From: a virus
Virus record (IMG/VR): IMGVR_UViG_3300032309_000931
Span: 29,876 to 93,875 of that record
Length of the DNA: 64,000 bases
Direction: 5' to 3' (one strand)
The notes under the pieces were generated by a model, which was not told where the DNA came from, ran no database searches, and worked only from the letters and a program-made list of their open reading frames with translations. This document shows positions 1 through 10,545 of this stretch, piece by piece. A program made the position numbers and the translations under genes. The first letter of the stretch is position 1; every line of letters begins with the position of its first letter.

Positions 1-1406
1 AGAACACGAGCTGCTTGTGTACCCTCGCCAATTACGTTCTGAAAGAGTGTTGATAGACGTGAGAATTGGAACTTACCAAATAGTTGCTCAATTGCACGAG
101 CACGATTAAGTGGGTCAAGAGTATCCAGTGCTGATGCAAAGTCAATAACGAGACCCTTGATGTCTCCCTTATTTGAATTAACAATTTTCTCAATGTTAAT
201 GCCAAAACCTTGAAGCATTTCTTTTGCTTTTCCAGTTGGATTAATAAGAGCAGCAAGACCAGACTTAAGTGCGTTAGCACCTTCAGATGCATTAATGCCA
301 CCCTCTTTCATAGCGGTCAGGAAGAATGCAAGGTCTTCTACGTCTCCACCAAGTTGCTGAACAACAGGACCAGCTTTTGGGATTGCTTCGGTAAGATCTT
401 CGATAGATGTTACCGACTGGTTTTCAACTGCGTTAAGGAAGTCGATCTTTGAGGCAAGCTGTTCTGTTGCTGTACCAAAAGCATTGGTAATAGACATAGT
501 TGTTTCAAGAGCCTGAGTTTGTTCTACGTTACCCAGAACTGCTAGACGAGTAGCTTCTGAAACCTGTGCAAGAAGTTCTTGTCCAGTCTTACCAGCCGCT
601 GCTGCTTCTGAAGCAAGACCAATAGTCTTTTCAACTTCAATGCCATATTTTGTGTACTCTCCTGCAAGAGCTTTGATAGATGCAACCATATCGTCTGTTT
701 CTTTAACTGTAGTACTAAAGTCACCATAAACACGACGAATTTTAATTACCTGCTTTTCAATCTCCATAAAGGATTTAGCTGCAGATGTGGCAAATAGTGT
801 AAGGGGAATAGTAAAACCAACCATAAGCTGACGACCAGCCCATTGAGTATTTTTACCAAAGTTTAGAAGGTTTGTAGAACCTTGAGTTAGAAGCTGATTA
901 AACAACTGTTGCTTTTGTGCAGCAACCATTGTTCTGGTAGCAAGATTATCCATATCAAGGGATAGTGGTCTAACCTTGATAGATTGCAATGCACCATTTG
1001 CGTCACGACCCATAGAAATATATTGAGTTTGTAAATCTTTAACTCGTTCTATTGCTACCTTTGAGATAGTGTCAAACTCTGACTTGAACGCTCTACCGAA
1101 AGTTTTGCTTGCTCCACCAGCATATCTAAAGTACTGACCCATTGTCAGCTTGTTCTTTTCAAGTGCTGTGGTGAATGCTTCCGTGGTTGAATTTACACGA
1201 GTCATACTGGCTTGGAATTGACCAGTAGCATTTACTGCATTTAGAAGGGATGACTGTAGTTGGGCAGCCTGAGCATTTGCGGTTGCCCCACCACGAGCCA
1301 TCTGAGTGTGAAATAGAGAAATCTCTCTTTGAAGATTTTTGAGAGAAGCAATGGCTGAAGACGTATCAATATTTACGCCAATATTAGCATTTACATCGTC
1401 AACCAT
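1..1406 (-). CDS. tape measure protein (5' part; runs off window)
   Basis: ATG at 1406 (MVDDVNANIGVNIDTSSAIASLKNLQREI...), long helical Ala/Gln-rich frame, lies directly downstream of tail chaperones and major tail gene; absent from ORF track because truncated. Confidence 0.85.
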   Translation of the reverse strand, partial: MVDDVNANIGVNIDTSSAIASLKNLQREISLFHTQMARGGATANAQAAQLQSSLLNAVNATGQFQASMTRVNSTTEAFTTALEKNKLTMGQYFRYAGGASKTFGRAFKSEFDTISKVAIERVKDLQTQYISMGRDANGALQSIKVRPLSLDMDNLATRTMVAAQKQQLFNQLLTQGSTNLLNFGKNTQWAGRQLMVGFTIPLTLFATSAAKSFMEIEKQVIKIRRVYGDFSTTVKETDDMVASIKALAGEYTKYGIEVEKTIGLASEAAAAGKTGQELLAQVSEATRLAVLGNVEQTQALETTMSITNAFGTATEQLASKIDFLNAVENQSVTSIEDLTEAIPKAGPVVQQLGGDVEDLAFFLTAMKEGGINASEGANALKSGLAALINPTGKAKEMLQGFGINIEKIVNSNKGDIKGLVIDFASALDTLDPLNRARAIEQLFGKFQFSRLSTLFQNVIGEGTQAARV

Positions 1407-1429
1407 TCATTTACACCCCTATTTTAAAT

Positions 1430-1741
1430 TTAGCTAATGCCAAGTGCATCTGAGAGTCTTACTCCTGATGCGGCTTCCACAACCTGATATACCGTTGGTA
1501 GATCAATGTTGTCTTCAAGAGCAGCTAGGTCTCCTGCAAGTTCTGGCTTGTACTGCTTCATTGCAATTTGAACACATTCCATAAGAAGATTCATAGACTT
1601 TGCGTTGTCTTCTGCAACTGCTGCAATGCCCTCAAACTTCTTCATAAAATCACGAAGTAGTGAAATCTTTAGTGGTCGAACTGTAATCTCTGTACCGTCA
1701 ATTAGGACGATCTTTGATTCTTCATTAATTGTTGTTGCCAT
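1430..1741 (-). CDS. tail assembly chaperone (short, gpG-like)
   Basis: 103 aa between major tail and tape measure; AGGAGG RBS; paralogous to N-terminus of 1787..2485. Confidence 0.7.
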   Translation of the reverse strand: MATTINEESKIVLIDGTEITVRPLKISLLRDFMKKFEGIAAVAEDNAKSMNLLMECVQIAMKQYKPELAGDLAALEDNIDLPTVYQVVEAASGVRLSDALGIS

Positions 1742-1786
1742 TGTTTCCTCCTTGTTAGGCTTATTAAATTATATCACAAAAGCCGT

Positions 1787-2485
1787 TTAGTTTTCGACTA
1801 GTTTTTCATATCCTAGCCCCATACCAATACCAAATCCAGCCTGTGCAGCATTATGTCCTTGATAAGAAACAATGTCGTTCGGGTCTCCAGTAGCACCACC
1901 ACTAAAGAATTTAGCTTTCTTTTCTTCCCAGATATCCTGTCCACTCTTACCGCCATTTTGTTTATCTAAGTCTACCCCCTGAATACCTGCAAAAAATTTT
2001 TTCTCTTCGTAGTCTAAATCTCTTTTAATGTTTAAAATTGATATTAACTCTGGCATAGATATTGATTTCTCAAGTTCTTCAAAGTCTTTCCAAATACCAA
2101 GCAAAAAAACTTCAGACTCAAGCTTAGCCAGATCAAGATCTTCCCAAGTAGACCCACTTTCGACTGCTTGCTCTTTTACCGTCTCTTCTTCTTTATCATC
2201 ATTAATTTTAATATCTGCACAGATATCCAAAATCTTGTAAATAGTTGGAAGATCTACGCTATCTTCTAAGTCTTCAATTGTTTTTATTGATGGGTAGAAC
2301 TGTTTCATACACACCCTTGCACACTCTGCCAATGCTGAAATTGCTTCGGCATCTCCGTTTGCAATTCTTACTTTTTCGAATGCTACCATAAACTCTCTAA
2401 GGTATTTTAATTTTAGTGGTGTTATATATAGCTCTGTTCCATCTATTAAATGTACAGTGCCTGATTCGTAAATTGTTGTTGCCAT
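1787..2485 (-). CDS. tail assembly chaperone (long, gpGT-like)
   Basis: N-terminal ~95 aa aligns with 1430..1741 (LIDGTE..PLK..LR.FM..FE..MKQ..P..LED..DLPT.Y); position; TGGTACAAT ends 6 nt upstream (leaderless). Confidence 0.7.
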   Translation of the reverse strand: MATTIYESGTVHLIDGTELYITPLKLKYLREFMVAFEKVRIANGDAEAISALAECARVCMKQFYPSIKTIEDLEDSVDLPTIYKILDICADIKINDDKEEETVKEQAVESGSTWEDLDLAKLESEVFLLGIWKDFEELEKSISMPELISILNIKRDLDYEEKKFFAGIQGVDLDKQNGGKSGQDIWEEKKAKFFSGGATGDPNDIVSYQGHNAAQAGFGIGMGLGYEKLVEN

Positions 2486-2505
2486 ATATCTATTGTACCA
2501 AAAAC

Positions 2506-2540
2506 AAAACTGCCCAGAGCCGAAACCCTGAGCAGTTCTG
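2506..2540 (-). terminator. rho-independent terminator after major tail gene
   Basis: imperfect hairpin (AACTGCTCAGGG-TTTCG-GCTCTGGGCAGTT) followed by TTGTTTTT on minus strand. Confidence 0.65.
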
Positions 2541-2551
2541 ATTGTATTAAA

Positions 2552-3253
2552 TTATGATGCGAGTGTGCGGTCTACAATCTTTCCATAAGACGCATTGTCG
2601 TTAGGAAGAAGTCTGAATGAGACTTCGAACATTGTAGCTTCGTCACGCTTAGCTGAAACTGTAACACTCTCGATTGAGAGAGCACGGTATCCAACGTAAA
2701 CACGCTCGATGGATGAACCAGCTGCACAGTCTCCTGTTCCTGGACCAACTGCAACGAGACCACGCTCAACTGGACATTCACCAATGTTTCCTGCACCAAG
2801 GTTAAGAACTCGGTCACCGTCGTAAGTTGGTGTACCGAATGCACTCTGTGATGTGGAGCTAGTGTATGTAGCTGAAAGGTCGCTTGATTGTCCTGCAATT
2901 GCGAAGAGCAAGTTGTCAAGTGTCGCTTCAGCGAATGCTGTGTTAAGGTTAACCTGCATTCCCTGCTTGTAAAGCTTTGCAACGTCGAGAACCTGGTCAA
3001 CCTGTACCTCACCGAAGTCAGGCTGGAAGACAATTTCAAGACCGTTCATTGTGTAACCAACATTACGGAAGTCGACATCATTTGAGAGTGTCTCCTTGTA
3101 AGAAATGTTAGTTTGGAAGTTGGGCAAATCGAGTTCAGCCTGAGTGTTGGTAATACCACCAGTTGTGTTCTGACCGATTGGACCGTCTTCATATGTGAAA
3201 AGTGCTGCTGCACCAACGATGATGTTAGCACTTGTACCACGTGAATATGCCAT
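2552..3253 (-). CDS. major tail (tube) protein
   Basis: NIIVGAA..., VGYT.NGLE..F.PDF.EV.VDQ pattern typical of siphoviral tail tube proteins; GAGGTG RBS; downstream terminator. Confidence 0.8.
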   Translation of the reverse strand: MAYSRGTSANIIVGAAALFTYEDGPIGQNTTGGITNTQAELDLPNFQTNISYKETLSNDVDFRNVGYTMNGLEIVFQPDFGEVQVDQVLDVAKLYKQGMQVNLNTAFAEATLDNLLFAIAGQSSDLSATYTSSTSQSAFGTPTYDGDRVLNLGAGNIGECPVERGLVAVGPGTGDCAAGSSIERVYVGYRALSIESVTVSAKRDEATMFEVSFRLLPNDNASYGKIVDRTLAS

Positions 3254-3318
3254 AATTATTTCACCTCTTTCTTGTTATAGATTTTGGGTGGGTGTTTCCT
3301 CTCTTTAATTATACAGGC

Positions 3319-3906
3319 TTATTGTACAAAAGAGTCTGACTTGTGCCAATCATAGTCGATAATTATTTTATTCCCTGCATAAGTACGAGCAGTACCAAAA
3401 TCAATAATGTCACGAGTTTCTTCAAGTTGATAAATCTTAATTTCGTGGAAGAAGGGAATTAAAAAGTCTGTGCCATCGAAAGTTACTTTATTATGAGTAA
3501 CTCCATCTACCGTGACTGTTCCACTTACCTTAGATGCAATCCAAGCATTAAGATCTTTAGCAGAGTCGTCTCCGTTATCAAGTAAGTCTTGGATCTCTTG
3601 TGTCATTTCAATCAAGTTAACTACCGCTGTTTCTGTAAGTGCATAGAAATAATACAGTAGCTGTTCACACTTAATGTATGGGAATGGTGTGCGACGCATT
3701 TTAAACATTCTGTCAAATACCGCTGCCTGTCCTTGGAAGGTGTATCTTGCCGTAGTTCCTGCTGTTAAAACATCTAGGCTAAAGCTTTCTGCGATGCTAA
3801 AGTCGCTTGGATATGTAGGGAACATTGGAACCGCACCAAATCCTCTACGAGCAAGTTTCTCTTGCAAGTACTTATTAATAAAAATTGGGGGATAGTATAT
3901 TGCCAT
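3319..3906 (-). CDS. putative tail terminator / tail completion protein
   Basis: synteny upstream of major tail; 195 aa. Confidence 0.45.
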   Translation of the reverse strand: MAIYYPPIFINKYLQEKLARRGFGAVPMFPTYPSDFSIAESFSLDVLTAGTTARYTFQGQAAVFDRMFKMRRTPFPYIKCEQLLYYFYALTETAVVNLIEMTQEIQDLLDNGDDSAKDLNAWIASKVSGTVTVDGVTHNKVTFDGTDFLIPFFHEIKIYQLEETRDIIDFGTARTYAGNKIIIDYDWHKSDSFVQ

Positions 3907-4580
3907 TATGTAGTTACTCCTATGTTTGCTACCCAGGTATAGCCTGTTGAGATTCCTACAGACCTACCGCCTCGTTTACCAGCAGACAGATTCTTTTTGT
4001 ATGCTACTGGATTTGTTAAATATTGCATAACGCCACTTGATTTAATAAAAGCTTGCGTAAAATAGTTATTAAAGAATGAGTCAAAGATTCTATTGAATCC
4101 ACCCTGTGCCTCTGTTCCTCCAGGATTCTCAACAACAATCGGGTTCTTGGTAAAAACCTGCTCACCAGCGTCACTGAAGGCTAGTACAGACGCTCTTACT
4201 GGTCTAATGACCACTGGGATACCATCTTCTATGATTCTGGCTTTATTATAAAACGGAACAGTAGAACCTTCTTTAATTGAAGTAGATTGTCTGAAGGTGG
4301 ACTTAATAGAAAGACCAATGCCCGAAATAGTGTAGTCTATATCAAAAAGTCTTGCTGCTGGACTTCCAGTTTGATTCCACTCGTATACGTGGTGAAGAAT
4401 TGCAGGATTTGTTCTTGCAGAAGAATCAATATACTGTTTTAAAAGCTCAATGGCATTAACACCAATTGCAGATAGAATGTGCTTTTTACCTCGCTTAACT
4501 CCTTCTGTAAATCCAATTGAATACTGAATAATGTTATTCATTTCTTTTAAGAATAGTTGATCGTTGAATGTAGTTTGCAC
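3906..4580 (-). CDS. putative neck/tail completion protein
   Basis: synteny, translational coupling. Confidence 0.4.
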   Translation of the reverse strand: MQTTFNDQLFLKEMNNIIQYSIGFTEGVKRGKKHILSAIGVNAIELLKQYIDSSARTNPAILHHVYEWNQTGSPAARLFDIDYTISGIGLSIKSTFRQSTSIKEGSTVPFYNKARIIEDGIPVVIRPVRASVLAFSDAGEQVFTKNPIVVENPGGTEAQGGFNRIFDSFFNNYFTQAFIKSSGVMQYLTNPVAYKKNLSAGKRGGRSVGISTGYTWVANIGVTT

Positions 4581-5029
4581 TAGACATCTACCCCCTGATT
4601 TTCAGAGCGTCTTAGAACAACTTTGTGATACTCAACTGTTCCAAAAGGATTAACGAATGGTGCCTGAGTTGCAATTTCAAAAAGGGTAGACTTTCCATTT
4701 CTAGGTCCAGATGTTTCTATATAAATTGGATTCTCAAATCTGTCACGAATATTTGTTATAAGAATATTGGTAGCTGCATTCTTTGCATCTACGCTTGAAA
4801 TACGAATATCTTTTTTAACTCTACCCAAAAGAATCGTATCTGTTTTTATGTCTGGGTCTGGCTTAATGTCTTCTTTATAAGAAACACCAGCATCATTAAA
4901 AGAACAGACAATTGTTTTGTCCAATACCCAAGACTTTGTTACGTTTCCGTATGCGGTTGTTTCAACAATTGGGTAGTAGATATCCGCCATCATTGGGAAC
5001 ATAAAGTCTGGTGTTTCACAAATAGACAC
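4580..5029 (-). CDS. putative head-to-tail stopper
   Basis: 149 aa beta-rich protein in canonical position. Confidence 0.5.
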   Translation of the reverse strand: MSICETPDFMFPMMADIYYPIVETTAYGNVTKSWVLDKTIVCSFNDAGVSYKEDIKPDPDIKTDTILLGRVKKDIRISSVDAKNAATNILITNIRDRFENPIYIETSGPRNGKSTLFEIATQAPFVNPFGTVEYHKVVLRRSENQGVDV

Positions 5030-5940
5030 TACAGCACCCCTAGTCTTGTAATAGACTTAGCATACTTAGAAAGTATCTTGTCTACAAGAATATTACCTGT
5101 TCCTTCGAATGACTGCTTGTCGAATTGTAGTTTGTACTGATCGGTATTGTAGGCTGTGACATATCGCTTGTAGTAGTCAAGCTGACCGCATTCAATGTCT
5201 GTAATCAAAAGATTGACAGCACGAGCAATATCAGATGGTACCGCTGTATACCCAGATTCTACAATAACTCTATAGTCATATGTTTTAGGGAATCCACCCC
5301 ATACACCAAAGTTTAAATCTAGATAATCTGTGCTTCCAGCAGGAAGAATTAAGTCTGCACTTTCACTTCTATTTAGCTCACCTGTATAGGTTTGAGTTAT
5401 AGCAGTCTTATCTTTTGTAATCTCAAAATTACGTACATAAGCTGTTGGGTTACTTGCATCATAAATAAGAACGTTGTTCTCATATACCTGCAAAATTTTC
5501 TTTGCGTCTACCCATAGTGGTAAGTAATCTGCCCCAAGACCAGTAGTCTCAAAAGTTGTTTTCTTGTAGTAAAATCCTTGAGGAATTACAGAGTCAACAA
5601 TTGCTCTTGCTAATTCTTCATTAACTGTTTTTGTAGCTATGTCAGACGCTGTGTCTGCTAGTGTGTTTGGGTCTAGGTATGGTCTACGAACCTGATAGGT
5701 ATCGTCGTGAATAATATCACCTGATGCATCAGTAATTACAACTCTATAGTCTGTGTCATACTTTCCTGGTAGTGTAATTGTCCACACATAGGCTGCATTG
5801 TCTGTTACGGTTTGTGTAGTTGAGCTAAGGTCTGCCAAGTCAGTAATGGTTGCTGTAAACACCTCATTAGTTGTATAAGTCGCTGGGATAGTGTATGTAA
5901 ACCCAACGCTAGTGTATGGCGATAACCTTAGTAATTCCAT
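5029..5940 (-). CDS. putative head-to-tail adaptor
   Basis: C-terminal SGYTAVPSDIARAV..L pattern typical of adaptors; position after capsid. Confidence 0.55.
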   Translation of the reverse strand: MELLRLSPYTSVGFTYTIPATYTTNEVFTATITDLADLSSTTQTVTDNAAYVWTITLPGKYDTDYRVVITDASGDIIHDDTYQVRRPYLDPNTLADTASDIATKTVNEELARAIVDSVIPQGFYYKKTTFETTGLGADYLPLWVDAKKILQVYENNVLIYDASNPTAYVRNFEITKDKTAITQTYTGELNRSESADLILPAGSTDYLDLNFGVWGGFPKTYDYRVIVESGYTAVPSDIARAVNLLITDIECGQLDYYKRYVTAYNTDQYKLQFDKQSFEGTGNILVDKILSKYAKSITRLGVL

Positions 5941-6404
5941 TAAACTCCGTACTCCCTTGCAACCTCTTCTGGGGTTGCGGTACGCACGTGATCTCGCTTA
6001 AGCCACTTTTCAGCCTCTGCTTTGTCTACTATATTGTACCCTTTGTCAATCTTCCCTACGCCTTCCCACAAGACATTTCGTGTAGAGAACAATGCTACTG
6101 TTTCTTTCTTAACAACTTCAGGCTCTACCACCTTTACTTTTGGTGATTTACTTGCGGCTCCTGAGCCGATAGCACCACTTTCTGTTGGTGTAATTGAACC
6201 AGACTTTTTGCCACCTTTGGCAACGGTACGAGATGAACCGATTACGTTATCTTCATCTGTTTCTGGCATACCCTTTGACTTTTGTTTTAAATCTGCAATT
6301 GATTCTTCTAGTGCTTCTACAGAATTGTCTACTATTTCTTCAATTGTTTCTAGTACTTCTTCAACTGTCTCTTCGACTGTTTCGATAATTGTTTCATTTG
6401 ACAT
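5940..6404 (-). CDS. hypothetical virion-module protein
   Basis: GGAGG RBS, own -10 promoter, acidic N-terminus. Confidence 0.6.
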   Translation of the reverse strand: MSNETIIETVEETVEEVLETIEEIVDNSVEALEESIADLKQKSKGMPETDEDNVIGSSRTVAKGGKKSGSITPTESGAIGSGAASKSPKVKVVEPEVVKKETVALFSTRNVLWEGVGKIDKGYNIVDKAEAEKWLKRDHVRTATPEEVAREYGV

Positions 6405-6439
6405 TAGAAACCTCCTTCAATAATTATATCAGATAGTAA

Positions 6440-6470
6440 GAGAGGCAAGGACCGAAATCCCTGCCTCCCC
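6440..6470 (-). terminator. terminator after major capsid gene
   Basis: GGGGAGGCAGGGA-TTTCGG-TCCTTGCCTCTC hairpin. Confidence 0.6.
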
Positions 6471-6487
6471 TAAGAGTTGAACTCAAA

Positions 6488-7582
6488 TTATGAAGATGAG
6501 TCCTGGCTGTCGCTGTCAACCCAAGCTACAGCGTCTTCCTCTTCCCACTGAAGTCCGAAACGAACGAATACGGTGTATTCGATTGTGTCTTTCTTCGCTA
6601 CGTATTCACGGTTTACAGTGATGTCTCGCTGGAAACCCCAAATGCGGTTTGAAGGGAATGTAAGGTCAACGTAGTTGTCTGGGTAGTAAGGAACTTCCAT
6701 TACTGGAATACCTAGTACACGAGTTGTACGACCCTCTCCTAGAACCTGGTCAGTACCTGCAAGGTATGCATTACGGTACTGCTCGGTCCAGATGTTGTTT
6801 GCTGCTGTACCATTTTGCTTAACGATGTCAGCAAATGTGTCGGTGCTTGCATAGAACTTAAGACCATTCTTGAGAGCACGATACTTTCTTGGTAGAGCAG
6901 AAATGACACCCTGAAGAACCTCTGGAGTCCACGCACCGCTTGTAACGGTTGCAGAATACTCGTGAGCATCTCCACCGAAACGAACCTTGCGAACGAATCC
7001 TTCCATAATGTTAAGGAATGAGTTTCCCCCAGTTCCTGTACCATTGATGGCAAGATCTTCAATGTCATTTGCGAATGCGTTGGTCATTAGACGAACAAGG
7101 TGGTCCTCAAGGGCTGCACCTTCAATGTTGTCTTCTAATGCCTCAGCAGAAACTTCCCAGTCAAGGCGAAGCTTCTTTGTTGTTAGTTCAACCTTAGCAA
7201 AGGTTGCACCTGCGTTTGTGTATGTCGCATCAGCCTGGTTAGCAGCACGAATAACTCGTTCTCCAACGTTGACTTTTTCGAGTTCCATTGTATTGGCTCT
7301 CATTGTGACACGACGACCATCTTTAGCGAGAATAGTACCGTCCCAAACGTAGTCAATAAATCTACGAGCCTGTTCAGGTCGTAGAATACCACTACCTGCA
7401 TCACCCGAAGGATTTACGGCGTTTGATCCAGTTGTAACACCAAAGTTTGCGGTGGGGATGTTTCCAAGTGTATCTGCACCTGGGTTAGCAACACCACCAA
7501 TTCCTCCAGACGCGAATGCACCCTCACCATTGGTTTCGTTTGCACCAGCTCCTGGATAGTTTTTAATAATTTCTTCCGACAT
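6488..7582 (-). CDS. major capsid protein (HK97 fold)
   Basis: GILRPEQARRFIDY, ELTTKKLRLDWEVSAEALEDNIEG, DIEDLAING motifs; start reassigned to MSEEII at 7582 with GGAGGTG RBS. Confidence 0.9.
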   Translation of the reverse strand: MSEEIIKNYPGAGANETNGEGAFASGGIGGVANPGADTLGNIPTANFGVTTGSNAVNPSGDAGSGILRPEQARRFIDYVWDGTILAKDGRRVTMRANTMELEKVNVGERVIRAANQADATYTNAGATFAKVELTTKKLRLDWEVSAEALEDNIEGAALEDHLVRLMTNAFANDIEDLAINGTGTGGNSFLNIMEGFVRKVRFGGDAHEYSATVTSGAWTPEVLQGVISALPRKYRALKNGLKFYASTDTFADIVKQNGTAANNIWTEQYRNAYLAGTDQVLGEGRTTRVLGIPVMEVPYYPDNYVDLTFPSNRIWGFQRDITVNREYVAKKDTIEYTVFVRFGLQWEEEDAVAWVDSDSQDSSS

Positions 7583-7605
7583 TTTGTCACCTCCTAAGTG
7601 ATTTT

Positions 7606-8871
7606 TTATTTGAATAGATCGGCTGTTTTGAGGAAACGTCCGTCCCATAGGGATTTCTCAATCTTGTCTGATTGAGCTTCCTGTACGATCTCGCCTAGAT
7701 CGCCAGACTTGCGGAAAGCGGTATCTGCCTCAACAGCATCAACTCTCTTTCCAAACTCATTAAACTCGCCCTTGGCTTCTGTTACCTCATTTTTTACAGA
7801 GTCAATTGACTTGCTTAGTTGTGCAATTTGTTCGGCTTGTGCCTGAACAACTGCGGTTAGATCGCTAAAGGCTTTTGTAACGGTATCCTTGATTTCAGCA
7901 ACTGCGTCTACAAGAACCTCGTCTGACTTGGATACTGAATCAGCCTTTTCAGCAACTTCTTCATCAGCAACAACCTCTTCAGCTGCCACCTCTTCAGTTA
8001 CTTCTTCAGCTACTTCTTCTGCTACTTCAATATCTGCCTCTGGAGCGACCTCTGCTTCAACAGCGACTTCTTCTACTGTCTCAGCGACTGTTTCATTTAC
8101 TTCATCAGTCATAGGACTTACCTCCTTAGTTATCTTAGAAGTATTAATGCCTTTAGCACTATCTACTAAGAACTTCACCATTTCTGGTTTTTCTGCATCT
8201 GACTTCTCCACAAAGCCGATGTTCTTCATTGTTGCACCACTAGTGGGGCTAACCTCTGAATCGTTTTCTGAAAGCATTACAATACCGTTTGCTTCATCCC
8301 AGAAAACATTTTCAATTTCTACGTCCACGCCATCTCCCTTGATTACGTCAACTCCGTCTACTTTTTCGACAGATAAAACATTTGCAAACTGATTTGCAGG
8401 TGTGTCAACTAGTGACAACTCAATGAGGTCGTAGTCTTTAATAATACGGATAGTTGCATCCATCTTTTCATCGAATGCGTCGTCCCACTTATTCATTCTA
8501 CCGCCAATTGAGAAGCCTGAGAGTGTTCCGTCTAGAACCTTCTCCCAAGTGTCTTGAGCACCCTTTGAAATATATGTAGAGACATAAACTCCTGCATAAA
8601 ACTTTTTTGACTCTGGGTCAAAGAACTTGTCCTCTTTGAATGAAACCATTTTGCCTACTGCTTTTGGCTGGTGCATTTCACGAATGTTGCCACGGAATTT
8701 TTCAAAAGCTTTCATTGAAGCTTCTGGAGTAACAATGTCATTCTGCTTGTCGACGTTATCTAGGGTTGCAAAACCAGAGACGATACGTCGCTCTTCGTCA
8801 ACTTTTGAGAATGGCATTGAAAGGCGAACGTTTTCGCCTTCAGTGTCCCAGTGGGCTTTAGAAATAGTCAT
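7606..8871 (-). CDS. prohead protease fused to scaffold-like acidic region
   Basis: RIVSGFAT..VDKQND, NIREMH, GFSIGG, ELSLVD.PAN HK97 protease motifs; Glu/Ala-rich C-terminus. Confidence 0.85.
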   Translation of the reverse strand: MTISKAHWDTEGENVRLSMPFSKVDEERRIVSGFATLDNVDKQNDIVTPEASMKAFEKFRGNIREMHQPKAVGKMVSFKEDKFFDPESKKFYAGVYVSTYISKGAQDTWEKVLDGTLSGFSIGGRMNKWDDAFDEKMDATIRIIKDYDLIELSLVDTPANQFANVLSVEKVDGVDVIKGDGVDVEIENVFWDEANGIVMLSENDSEVSPTSGATMKNIGFVEKSDAEKPEMVKFLVDSAKGINTSKITKEVSPMTDEVNETVAETVEEVAVEAEVAPEADIEVAEEVAEEVTEEVAAEEVVADEEVAEKADSVSKSDEVLVDAVAEIKDTVTKAFSDLTAVVQAQAEQIAQLSKSIDSVKNEVTEAKGEFNEFGKRVDAVEADTAFRKSGDLGEIVQEAQSDKIEKSLWDGRFLKTADLFK

Positions 8872-8940
8872 ATTAATTAATTATATACTGTTTTTTACAA
8901 CAATGTAATATTGTTCTTACATTTAAAATTATAGCACAAT

Positions 8941-10545
8941 TTATGCAGATGATCTGCCTTCGCCCTGAGCGTTTCTTCCAGTAGTTGTTGATAGACTATC
9001 TGAATTATTATTTGTTCGTTCAGCATCACGCTGTCTATTGTTTGCCAAGTTAGCACGAGCATCCGTTGCTTGACGTGGTGTCATTTGAAATACTTCGTCT
9101 CCGTCTGCACGTTGAGGAAGTCCAAGCTGATCTCTAGCCTCGTTAGGAGTAATAATCTGTGTCTTAACATAGCGTTCTAGAATTTGTGACTGTGAAATCT
9201 CGTCTGTAAGAGTTAACTCATTAAACTTAAACTCTAGGATGTCTGTCTTCTCTTTAATAATCTTGCTAAGAACTTTCTCAAGATTGGTTTGTGCAGGACG
9301 TGCAACCTGTTCCTTAAATGTGCGGTCCTGTGCAAGAGCAGCAGCGATACTTGCGGCATCTCCACCACCGATCTTAGAGAGTGGAACTTGGTGAGCAACA
9401 AGAATGTCGTCACGGTTACGAATGCGGTATTGGTTGAATGATGCTTCCTGTACGCCATTCTCAATTGGCTCCATCTTGAACTCAACCTTGTTTGTATCTG
9501 AGTCGCCAGGAAGTGGAATGTAGAGTGTTCTGTGTGACTGCCCCTTTAGGCTTGTCTGTAGGAAGCGGAACATCTTGTCTTCTGCATCGTCTGAAAGTTT
9601 TGCACCTTTAAGAGTTACGACATAACGAGGTACAGCTTTGTTGCTAAAGTAGTCAATGTTGTATTGTGAAGCAAGCTGATCTCCGTGAAGAGAAGAGATT
9701 GCAGACATAATATCTGGGATTCCGTAGTATGTGTTGAGTGGAGAATATTCCTTGTAATGAATAATCTCATTGGGTCGTGGGTCGTCAGTTACTGGGTTTG
9801 GGTTAACTGCCCCGAAATTTCTGAAGTAGACAACCTTGTTACCGATAATCTGAACGTAGCCATCTTTTAGTCTACGGACTCGCATTGTGGTTGAGGGAAT
9901 GTGACCAACGTATCCAATCTCACCTGTTACTGTGCGACCAACCTCAAGGTATCCATTTCCTGTAGCCTGAACATCTGTATAAAATTTCATCATTGTGTTT
10001 GTAAAAGAATCATCATCGTTGAGTGTTTCTATCCATTCACGCATTGCAATTCTTGCACGTTCAATACGCTTACGTGCTTTTTCTGCAGCCGAATCTGTAG
10101 AACCTTCAATAGCAAACATTGTGCTTTTTGTTGGTTGAAAGTCATAGCCAAGACCAACAATGTTTTCTACCTTTGCATCGATAGCAGCGTGGTTAGCAAA
10201 AGATGTGTCGTAGTAGTTTGCAAGTTCGTAAAGATTCCAGGGTGGGGTAATGACATCAAAAAGACCGTAGCCATTGTGGTAGACAGTTCCAGGATTAATT
10301 TCCTTTGAACGTGCTCCATTAACACCTGAGCTTGTAGCCATTGCACTGTCAAGATATGCTGGTGTAATATCTACAGCTTTTGACATTCTTGTTGCACGAC
10401 GCTTAAAGTTTGCGTTGAGACCAGATAGTGACTTGATACCCTCCCAATCTTTAATGAATGGATCTTGTGCTTTAAACACATTCTCTTCTTCTGCAAGACT
10501 ATCCATCTTTGCACGAATAATGTGTTCCATAGGTTCTTCTCTCAT
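8941..10545 (-). CDS. portal protein
   Basis: TGNGYLE, EIIHYK..SP...YYGIP, YF.N.AVP, ITPNEAR..LGLP motifs. Confidence 0.9.
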   Translation of the reverse strand: MREEPMEHIIRAKMDSLAEEENVFKAQDPFIKDWEGIKSLSGLNANFKRRATRMSKAVDITPAYLDSAMATSSGVNGARSKEINPGTVYHNGYGLFDVITPPWNLYELANYYDTSFANHAAIDAKVENIVGLGYDFQPTKSTMFAIEGSTDSAAEKARKRIERARIAMREWIETLNDDDSFTNTMMKFYTDVQATGNGYLEVGRTVTGEIGYVGHIPSTTMRVRRLKDGYVQIIGNKVVYFRNFGAVNPNPVTDDPRPNEIIHYKEYSPLNTYYGIPDIMSAISSLHGDQLASQYNIDYFSNKAVPRYVVTLKGAKLSDDAEDKMFRFLQTSLKGQSHRTLYIPLPGDSDTNKVEFKMEPIENGVQEASFNQYRIRNRDDILVAHQVPLSKIGGGDAASIAAALAQDRTFKEQVARPAQTNLEKVLSKIIKEKTDILEFKFNELTLTDEISQSQILERYVKTQIITPNEARDQLGLPQRADGDEVFQMTPRQATDARANLANNRQRDAERTNNNSDSLSTTTGRNAQGEGRSSA

